NCBI GenBank assembly: GCA_013239625.1
Contig: MU053487.1
Coordinates: 186,001 to 250,000, forward strand
DNA: 64,000 nucleotides
DNA from: Lama guanicoe
Taxonomy: Eukaryota
Reading direction: 5' to 3'
Shown: in pieces, positions 50,746-60,136 of the stretch
How positions within the stretch are numbered: the first letter of the stretch is position 1
Layout of the letters: each line of letters opens with the position of its first letter
Notes under the pieces: model-generated
Databases searched by the model: none
What the model was told of the DNA's origin: nothing
Seen by the model: only the letters and a program-made list of their open reading frames with translations
Translations under genes and position numbers: made by a program

Positions 50746-51455
50746 CTAGAAGGATAAAGCAGATGTGTAATTAAGATCCAACTGTCCTTTCTTAACTGAT
50801 GAGAAAAGATTAAAATTAGTTAAAAATTAAAATTAGTGAAAGGAAAAGTCATAACGTATATCCCACTGCACAAGTACAGGCCTCAATGGCCAAGACGGTT
50901 GCTCAGGAAGGCGGTGAGCAGCAGGACCCACGCCTGCTGTGGGGCCGGGCCCTGCGCCGCCCGGGCTTGCCCGTGGTGGTCCCCGAGATCCGGTCACCCC
51001 GGCCCACTGGGGAGCACCCCTGCCGGGTCCTGTGAGTAATGACTCTAACAAAAAGTCACCACTCTGAAGTGCTCTTATGACTTGCCTGTCACTGAACGAG
51101 GGGTGGGGGGTGGTGCTAATTCCCTTCTAACCTTAGGGCTTTTTACAATTAGTCATCAAGTAGTGTACAAAAGGGAGACACATCCAAATGCCTCGCCGCC
51201 CTGCAGTCCCCAGGGCCCAGTCGGGAGTTCAGGGGGGTGGGAGCGGAGCCACGGTTCTCCCAGCCTTGTATTCCTTCTACCACTCAGGACACGTGGAACC
51301 CCTGGTTATAAGTTCTTACCAATTTGATTCCCAACTGAAAGTGATTCTCACGAGTACTTGCAGAGGTCATGGGATTTTTCTATAGCTCATCAGTGACATA
51401 AAGAAAAGTACCAGTGTGAAAGGGAAAAGCAAGCAGGCACGCCAGTCCGAGTTAC

Positions 51456-51598
51456 CTGATCGCTAACGAGAATGTGAATACCAGTGGGGCCTTGTCTGTA
51501 AACCTGGTGAATCTGGTGGAAAGGAATATTAAACACCAGCGCAAGTTTTCGAGCAACTTCTGAGGCAACCATTTCTTCCAAGTAGATAGCATGATAAA
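51456..51598 (-). CDS. UBP1: UBP1 exon ~14 ([47 protein letters not shown])
   Basis: tttcag|TTTATC...GATCAG|gtaact; 143 nt. Confidence 0.96.
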
Positions 51599-51829
51599 CT
51601 GAAATAAAAAGTGAGAACAGCATTTTAGCAGTAATCTTTGATGTCTTCCACCTGATCTATATGAAGATCACCTTTCAAAGTACTAAAGAAATAAAATTGA
51701 ATAAGGACTCCCCCCTTACTGCCCTGTGACCGTGATACTGCATTACTTATGCTCACACATGTAATGTAATGAACATTAACATCTCTGCACAAAAGGATAT
51801 GAGGTTTTAATCCTTCCTAAAAGCAAAGA

Positions 51830-52100
51830 GGCAATGACCGCATACAGATGGGCACGGAGGATCTTTTTGGAATCTTGGGACTAACTGGACTGTGATGGCT
51901 GCAAAGCTATACAAAGTATGACTGAATTGTATACTTGCAGTGGGAGGGTTTTATGGTATATAAGTTACACCAAAAGAAAGCTGTTTTCAAAAATGTTTTG
52001 TTTCTAGCAATTTATAAAGAGAACCCTAAAAAGGTCATAGTTTTTGATTCTGTAAGCCTACTACTGGGAATTTATTCTAAAGAATAAAAGCTACCCACTC
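51830..52100 (+). mobile_element. Old L1 3' fragments
   Basis: actgaattgtatactt...ttttatggtatataagttacacc; ctactgggaatttattctaa. Confidence 0.55.
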
Positions 52101-52384
52101 CTCACCCCCCTTTCTCACAAAGAATTAAAAACTGTGAAAGCACAAGAGAAGGCTAAGGTGTGGACGACGAGGCCTGCTGCTCCTCTGCACAGAGCCCAGC
52201 CACCGTCGCCCCGGTCCCGTGGGCCTGAACAGGTCCCGCTCAAGCCAAACACTGATCAGAAACATCAGTGCTTTTACTTGGCTTCCCCTAAACCAGGATT
52301 TTTCCTTGTGTTTGTGTTTATGAGTATAAAAACCTTTGCTCAGAATTTGGAACCACAGTTAAAGTAAGACTCTAGAGAGGCCCT

Positions 52385-52570
52385 GGAGCAGAGGTGGCCA
52401 ATCTCTGCCCTACACCTGTTCTTTAAAAAAAGTTTTTTATCAGAACACGGCAACACCCATCATCTGGGCACTGTGACGGCAGAGATAAGTGAGAAAGAGG
52501 CCCTACAGTCTGCAGTCCACATACTTACTATGTGGTCTTTCACAGAAAAGGTTTTCAGCCTTGATCTAGG
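52385..52570. mobile_element. MER58-like DNA transposon
   Basis: cagaggtggccaa...aaagttttttatcagaacac...ttactatgtggtctttcacagaaaagg. Confidence 0.7.
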
Positions 52571-53593
52571 GTTAACTGTGGCAGGATTTCCACAGACACT
52601 GGTGTTTGAGGACACACCTGACTGTATGTAAATGCTGAAGATCGTGATGATACCTGGAGCGATCCTTTAGAATTTTTGTCCTTAAAGACTAAGGCTTCAT
52701 ATCTCTAGCCTTAAAATTCAGTTTTTGAAGTCAAAATGACACCAAATTAAAAAGCTCACAACAGTGATGCTTTTCTTGGGGTTTTTCAGTCAAATTCAAA
52801 CCACACAGTATTTTTCAGAGCTCTACCTATTATTAGGGCAAATAACTGCCTCTCTCAAATTCCGTAACACATTTTTCTCTGAAAAGTTCTGAGTGTGTTC
52901 CCTTATTTTTGTTTCAGAGTGTGGGAAGAGGGGAGATGTTACCACATACCCACCTTACAAACGATAAAACACCTGCTTTTAAAAAAAAAGCTTGGTTTTT
53001 TAAGGACCATATTTGGAGAAGGGAAGGGGTGAACATTTTTACCCCTGCCCTCATCCAGCGCTCTATTACCCAAAGAAAGCAAACCCGCAGGAAGAGGGCC
53101 TCCCAGTACTCAGATGGATGATGTGGCAGTCCACCGGACACAGCACCAGACTCACCCCACAGCTCATAGTTCCGGCCAGACGCTTGTCCAAGGCAAGTCC
53201 ACACCCCCAACACCGTTACATACGTGCACCTTTGCACACATGGTATTTTAAATTTTTACCCAAGCCAGAAAAATGAAAACAAAAGAAACCCCCTTCCCCT
53301 GCTTTCTTCCCAAGCTACCAATATTGTATTCATCATTTCAGTAAATCTGAGGTTTACCCCCCAAAAGCTAGCAACACCCCCAAAGCACTGAAGCTAGTCT
53401 GTCCCATTAGGTATCGCTGGCATCAAGGACCACAGAGGAGGAGATCCACGGTGCAGCCGAAATAGCTGAGAAAAGCCGCCGGTGTGGTGCCCTCTCCTGC
53501 CGAGGGCCCTGCCTCGACCGTCCTGTGACAGGGGTCCCACGAAGCCCCGCTCATAAGGGCAGCGACGGGGAGCCGAGGGCCCCGCATACCTAC

Positions 53594-53712
53594 CGTAGGG
53601 TGTGGCACCACCGCTGTCGCCCCCGCTGCCCGCCGCCTGCGGCTGCCCCTGCGGCACAGCACCGCCTGGCTGCTCCCTGCAGACATAGAGGGTCAGGCGC
53701 GGCCTGACCGAC
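53594..53712 (-). CDS. UBP1: UBP1 exon ~13 ([40 protein letters not shown])
   Basis: ttgcag|GTCGGT...CCTACG|gtaggt; 119 nt; phases match both neighbours. Confidence 0.93.
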
Positions 53713-54469
53713 CTGCAACCAGAAGAGGGCGCGCGTGAGCCAGGCCGCCCGCGCCCCGCGCATGCGCAGTGACACTACAGGCAGCTAGTTCTAGTCCCTT
53801 TTGACAACTTTACACGGTTACTTGGTTACGCAAATTTATGTACTAGTAAAAATATAAAAACACACACCTCGCACCAACTAGCACAGGTGGTCTAATCTGA
53901 TGATCCAGACTCTAAACCACTGAGGTGGTCTGTCAGATGCTGGTAAATCTAAGTTTCAAGATTAAGTCAGCAATTTAAAATCAGTAAGATTCAATCTCAA
54001 TGGAATTCTCACACAAGTCTAGAGATATCAACGATAGTAAATGGATCTTAAAAGCCAGCACAGTTTACAGTTCTATCATTTTCATTTACAATTAGAAGTT
54101 TACATTTTAAGTAACTGTTTAGTAGTGTCACATAACCTTGAAAACCAGAGATTCTGTAATAGCTCACCTAAATGAGAAGTTTGCTTTCTTGGCAACAAAC
54201 CCAGCCGTCTTCAAGAACTCAGTACTGCCCATGTGCATTTCTACCAGTCTTACAGTCTACCTCTGCCCTCATCAGTGCCTGCATCATATCTGGGCCTGCC
54301 TGAAGGTGTACACAAAACAGTCTTCTCGTGAGCACGACGCGCCCGCGCCCGGCAGTGCACAGGCACACGCCAACCCAGCGTGGGAACACATCCTGCCCGC
54401 GGTCCCCACGCCAAGAAGGGTGCATTCTTATTTCAAGCAGAACAGTTCTGTTTAAACACAGTATTTTAC

Positions 54470-54560
54470 CTTGACTTCAGTGAATTATAGAGCCGAATTC
54501 CATCGGCTGCACCACAAATTTGTACTAGATCCTCCTTTGTCAGTTTTAGTAAGTCGGCAC
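54470..54560 (-). CDS. UBP1: UBP1 exon ~12 ([33 protein letters not shown]-like domain)
   Basis: ctccag|GTGCCG...TCAAG|gtaaaa; 91 nt. Confidence 0.96.
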
Positions 54561-54869
54561 CTGGAGAACAGCAAAAAGAGATTCTTCTTAAGCAAATGGG
54601 AAAAGAACCAGCAGGACTAGCTGTCTTCACACAGCACCTGTCTTCACACAGATTAATGTCCTTTGAAACCATCACTCACGTGCACACACACAGCCCCATC
54701 CCCCGGAGCCAAGAGAAAGGGGGCCCTCCGTGTCCTGTACTGAGGAGCTCAGAAGCCCAGAGGCTGGTGAATCAGCAAGGAGCAGGGCCGACAGGACTGC
54801 TGTCCCCAACACAGCATTCCACTGCCTGCCTGCCTCGGGCTGGGCTGTGATTGTGCAGATAAACGTGAT

Positions 54870-55020
54870 TCTGACCCCAGATAACTCACCTTGAGGTGGC
54901 CCAGACCAATCTTTAATTTTACAAAAACTGGAAATGGAAGTCAGAGTTTTGTGGACTCACCGAAAGTCACACAAGGTGGCAGCAGAGCTAGGACCAGGCC
55001 TTTTCTATCCCAGCAGACTA
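54870..55020 (-). mobile_element. MIR remnant
   Basis: attttaca...ggaaatggaagtcagag...aaagtcacaca...ggcagcagagctagga. Confidence 0.5.
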
Positions 55021-56379
55021 TGTACAGCTGAACATTCTGTAACCTAACAACTCTGTCACCACGTGCAGTTTTAATACTAAAGCATGGCAGAGAATTGCAT
55101 ACTATACTTAAGATTTCTCCCTTAAATACTTGGTAAGTGTTAATGACATGGTATCTAGGATCTGCTCTAAAACAGAACAGAAAAGGGGGGAGGGAGTGGA
55201 GACAGTGAGACTCCTGGAAGCTGGGAATGGTTACACACCGGTTCATCATACTCTTCTCTGTTTTGTCTGAGTGTGTCCACAATCTTTTGTTCTTCTCTTT
55301 TCTTGACTCTCAAGACGTAGTTTATTGGGAGAATTACGATGCCCTCTGGGATTAAAGCAGGACTTCCATGTGATAAATACCCACTTACATATGTCACAGG
55401 ATACTGGAGTTGTATATTTTTGAGGGCCTGAATGTGAAAGCCCAATAATTTTCCAGTTTGTAAAAGAAACAAAGGCCAGAGAAGCACATTTCCCACGAGG
55501 CAGGAGCACTGAGGGAGCTGACTGATGGAGTCAGGTAGGCAAAGACAGGCTGCCTCATCTGTACCGGGACCTTCCTTCCACACGCCCTTCCACACTCCCC
55601 GGGGTGAGCAGAGGTGTGTGCGCACAGCCCCCTCTGAAACAAGACTGCCGGAGGAGAGGCCCAGGGCGAGAAGCCCCCCCTCTTCTCCCTGCCCCCCTGC
55701 TGTTGGAAGCTCACGTGGCAAGGAGAGGCAGGAGGCCAAGCACACTGGTCACTGCTTACAGCGAAAAGTGCTCAGAACTGAAACGTGGGCCCGCGTGACA
55801 GCAGCAAGCAGGACGTCACAGCCTTCTGTGCGCGCTTCACTCTTCATATCTCCCCTAGGAGCAGCCTGCGTGTCCCCACCACTGCACTGACATTTTTAAG
55901 TTACTTTTTTGTTTAACAGATAAAAGGCTTTACTTAATCATAAAAATGTGGATCCCAGCTAGCAAATGACTTTCATCCAGTACTTTAATTTTAAAGAGAC
56001 AAAGAACTATTTGGGGAATGACTAATCACTGCACAAGAGGGGCAGTAAAGGGCTGACGTAATAGAAAACCACGTTCTTTGTGAAGCAGGCTTTCCTCCAG
56101 GCCGGGTGTCTGCACCCGTTCTGTCCTCCTAAAAGGCTCAAGCCGCGTCTGGCAGGATGCATCTGGCCAGGACATGTGACTAAGCGTTCTGCAGGAAAAG
56201 GGTCCCAGGGCCAAAAACGTCTGGGGAATGCTGGCCCCACCCCAGCTGGCAAATCTATTACTGTCCCGCTAGACAGGCCTCCGACAGCCCACCTGAAGCA
56301 GCACTGCTTGGTCCCTTTTAAAGTTCCATCTAAATACTCCCTTACTCTTCAAGAAAACACTTACACGTAAGTCTATGAA

Positions 56380-57000
56380 AATCATTCCTGAGTTCACTCA
56401 CAGCCTGTAACACTACACAGCAATAAAGAGGAACAACCTAAGGACACATCTTGGATGGATGCGAGGGCATTATGCTGAGCGGGAAAACATACTGAACGAC
56501 TCCATTTACGTAACATTCTCAAAATGACACGGCCATTGAAACAAAAAGTAGATTAACAGGTGCCGGGGGTGAGGGATGGTTGGGGAGGGGTGTGGGTAGC
56601 AGAAGGCACCTCCCTGTGTGCAGGCGAGATGCTGCACCTTCGGTGGTAGTCATCTCTACACCCAACACGGAACTATATACATACACTGCACTATGTGTGC
56701 TACACTTTGTAACTCACTAGAAAGTAAACATTATTTCAAATTAAAGTTCATAAAATGAAAAATACTGCATGTAACTGTACACACCTATAAAAAATGAGGG
56801 CAGCTAAAACTGGTGACAGTATCTATTTCCTGTTTTGATGTTATATAAGGGGGCTGCAAGGCGTTACCACTGTGGAAAAACAGCGTTAACAGGTACACAG
56901 GACTTCCCTGTACATGTCTGGGCAACTTCTTACAAATTACTTCCTATACTTACTTCCCAAATTACTTACTTACTGTACGATTACTTCCCAAAAATTTAAT
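56380..57000 (+). mobile_element. Old L1 3' fragments
   Basis: actacacagcaataaagaggaac...ggcattatgctgag...tccatttacgtaacattct; gtacacaggacttccctgtac. Confidence 0.6.
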
Positions 57001-57036
57001 TAAAAGACTAATGAAAGTATAGAAGTAAGTAAACGA

Positions 57037-57068
57037 TGTGTGTGTGTGTGCATGCATACGCACGCACA
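57037..57068. repeat. (TG)7-CATGCA-(CA/CG) alternating purine-pyrimidine quasi-palindrome
   Basis: TGTGTGTGTGTGTGCATGCATACGCACGCACA. Confidence 0.85.
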
Positions 57069-57075
57069 AACTTAC

Positions 57076-57169
57076 CTAAAAAATTGGAAAACAGTCTTGT
57101 GTAGGAAGAGAATCTGTTTTTGAGTAGCCATTGTTGTGTTTCCTGGATTGTGGCTGAAGGCTGAAGTTG
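57076..57169 (-). CDS. UBP1: UBP1 exon ~11 ([32 protein letters not shown]; start of SAM-like domain)
   Basis: tgatag|CAACTT...TTTTAG|gtaagt; 94 nt. Confidence 0.94.
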
Positions 57170-57415
57170 CTATCAACAAAGAAAATGAGCATAAACGGAA
57201 GCAGCTATTCAAGCTTACAAAAAAAAAGTAACCGGCAGGTTACAAAGAAGAACATTTAAACAAAACACAGAGATCCTCTCCAGGTTTAAAGTTTAAAACA
57301 CCCAAGAAGAGCACAGGTGGGACTGTTCAGTGACCCAAGCATTGGCTCAAACCCCTGGCAGAGGCCTCAAAATGCAGGGCCCTGAAAGCATGACTGTTAG
57401 GGAAACGATACTTAC

Positions 57416-57470
57416 TTCACTAGAGGCCTGTGAAACTCCATCTCCCTGATGATTCGGGGAAGAAGAATTG
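57416..57470 (-). CDS. UBP1: UBP1 exon ~10 (NSSSPNHQGDGVSQASSE)
   Basis: ccccag|CAATTC...AGTGAA|gtaagt; 55 nt. Confidence 0.94.
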
Positions 57471-58390
57471 CTGGGGAGAAGGAAGGGAGGAAGGAAAGGA
57501 TGGATGATTATTATATATTTTTTATTCAAGACATTAAAGGCTATTAAAGCAGGTGACTTTAAAACAGTACTGTGGGACAGAGCAATGCAAGTGCGCACAG
57601 AACGTCTGCACAGCTGGTCAAGGAGTGAACATGATGATAGGTTAAGACACAGAAAACGGTTTAATTTGTGCCGCCTTCTCTGTCTGTTCTGGTAAGAAAT
57701 TCAAGTTTTGTGAAACAAAAGGACTCCAGTTATCTCCAGGGGTGCCAGGAAAATGAATGACGCCTTCATTTTAGTTAGAAAAAAAAAAATGGGAATCAAC
57801 TAAAATAAACAGTTGAAAATAACTGCAAAGAAACCTACTTTAATAATGAGCTGCAAGAAATAATCTAATGATCCTAAGTCAAAACAGAGAATAATACCCC
57901 TTTAACGAATACATTCATCCATGATTAAAGAAGGCGAAGGTCGAGAGAACAAAAGAAACAAATCTGTACCACTGCCTTGTGTTTCCAGGGGAAATGAAAG
58001 TGAGAGCAAGGCAAGATACTCCTGGTCTGACACAGTGGGCATTCGCGACAAGCGTGTGCTCCACTAAACGCAACTGGAATGCATTCAAGTCACAGTTTCC
58101 CTTAAACCTCACCATCCTATGCATGAACCCCATTATGTTATTTTCACCTCACAAAAAGTCTCTTTTGAAAATGCACCCTTTTCCACATTTCCACAGCTGT
58201 CGATATGTGAGGTACGAGGGGCTACGAGCAAAGAGGCTGGTGGGTGAAGAAATGACGATTTGCCTCTGAAACTGAGTGAGGTACAGGCTATTTCCAGTGC
58301 CCATGGGCTCCACACACACAAAGGGGGAGGCTGCCGCAACTCCAGAGAAAGGGGGGTGGGCCCCAGGCACACGGCACGCACACCAGATAC

Positions 58391-58494
58391 CTGTCCGGGA
58401 CACTGCAAGTGCTCTGCTGCGGGGGCGGGAAGGTGGGCGCCGAGGAGGGACTGCTGTTCACGTAGGCCGTGGGGGTATCGGGCCACGGGGAGCA
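58391..58494 (-). CDS. UBP1: UBP1 exon ~9 ([35 protein letters not shown])
   Basis: ccttag|TGCTCC...GACAG|gtatct; 104 nt. Confidence 0.94.
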
Positions 58495-59953
58495 CTAAGG
58501 ACAGAAACAAAGGGAAATTAATGATACTCTTCTAAAGCATGTGGAAGAAATATTCTTGTAATCCACTCTCTAGTCTGGCCATGTGTAAGGTTATAAAACA
58601 TAAGACACCTAACATTCATCAGGCAACCTCACAGAAACACACCGATTTTACTTCTGTGTGGCAGGGAAAACGCTACCCGCTGTCTGCGTCCACACACTGA
58701 CTAATCCTAGGGGAGACCTGACGTGACGACAGCAGCAGACACTGACAAAGGCGTCTTAAGCGCACTTAAGTACAGTTTGCTTTCAAGTACCTTCCTCCTC
58801 CCTCTTCATCAACTCCCCAGTAGGTACCTATCAAGGTTTGAAGAACAGGAGAGGCAAGGAAGGGTTGAGCAGCAACATCGGACACGGCAGGGTGACGAGG
58901 ACAGCGGCCCTGTCCCACCTAGCGCTCTCTTCGCCCTCCTCCCCACGGCGCAGCCTCACCAGGGCCCACGTACTGCCTCAGCCCCGCGCAGGACGAGTCA
59001 GGCCAACATCCAAATACAGCAACTGGGGATGGCACTGCCTCCACCCATCTGTTTACTTACATCTATTATTTGCATATTCTGGAAGGGGCAGGGTGAACTT
59101 AAATGTTTTTCAGCCCTTGGCACAACTCTGACCAAAAACAGAGCAAAGACACACTAACAATTACACTCAGGAGCACTGGAAAAGCTGCAGTCAGTGAGAT
59201 GCTGAGCGGGCCAGGGCGGCGGCCAGTGCTAAGGGTGGAGGGCCTCTCCACGTCTCTCCACGGGTATTCTTCCTAAACCTGGGCACACCCTGGATTTCAA
59301 GGGTCCCCCTTCATAATCACTCTTCTCCCAATTCACACAAAAATGGCCTCATCTCTCACCGTGGCCATAGGGTGGGAGACTGCACCAAAAACCAAGCAAA
59401 AGACCATTCAAAGAAGAGGATAAATGCTAAGAAAATACAGGTCTCTAAAACATTCTTCTGTATGTCAGGTTTTCAATTCTTTGCCCTCAAAAAAATTCAG
59501 GACATCTTGTCAGTTGACCGACATTGAAATAATCTACTAGATCATACAAAAATAGATTATTGGACAGCTATCTCAGAGGGAGTTCCAAGACCTGAATGAC
59601 ACTGCTGAAAGAAAAAGAAATACATCTCTTATCTATAAACAAAACTAGATATGTTCCACCCGTCTCATCATTTAAGATGTATTTCCAATAACATTTCTAT
59701 TTTTATACTTAACAATCAAAATTTGTATGATTTGATAAATTGGTACAAATAATAAGTTTTAAATTCCTCAACTGACTTAAGCCTTATGGTCACAGGAAAT
59801 TTAAAAAATTAAATTTCAATTTATGACAGTTTGTTGTAAAAAAGTTATCAGGGTCATCATTAGAAGATTTCCAGGCATAAAAGTATGTCCTATTAGGACA
59901 AAATTATTTAAGGGGAGTTAAAGAGAAAACATGAGACCAGGAAGGAAGAGCAG

Positions 59954-60136
59954 GTCTACCGTAGAGCACAGGGAACTATATTCAGTATCTTGTAATTCCC
60001 TGTAATGAAAAAGAATATGAAAAAGAATATATATGTAGACTTATGTGTGTGTAACTGAATCACTGTGCTGTACACCAGAAACTAACATAACACTGTAAAT
60101 CAACTATTCTTCAATTTAAAAAAATAATAAAACAAA
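59954..60136 (+). mobile_element. Short 5'-truncated L1 3' end with TSD
   Basis: 13-bp TSD gaaggaagagcag at 59941-59953 and 60137-60149; A-rich tail. Confidence 0.9.

Noticed and set aside
34939..54654. Short perfect tandem duplications (catttgtcatctag x2 near 34939; ctgtcttcacacag x2 near 54621)
   Set aside because: Isolated two-copy slippage events with no spacer-array structure.
58383..58390. GTATCT donor resembling a U12-type intron
   Set aside because: GTATCTGG lacks the GTATCCTT consensus, and the acceptor has an ordinary U2 polypyrimidine tract.
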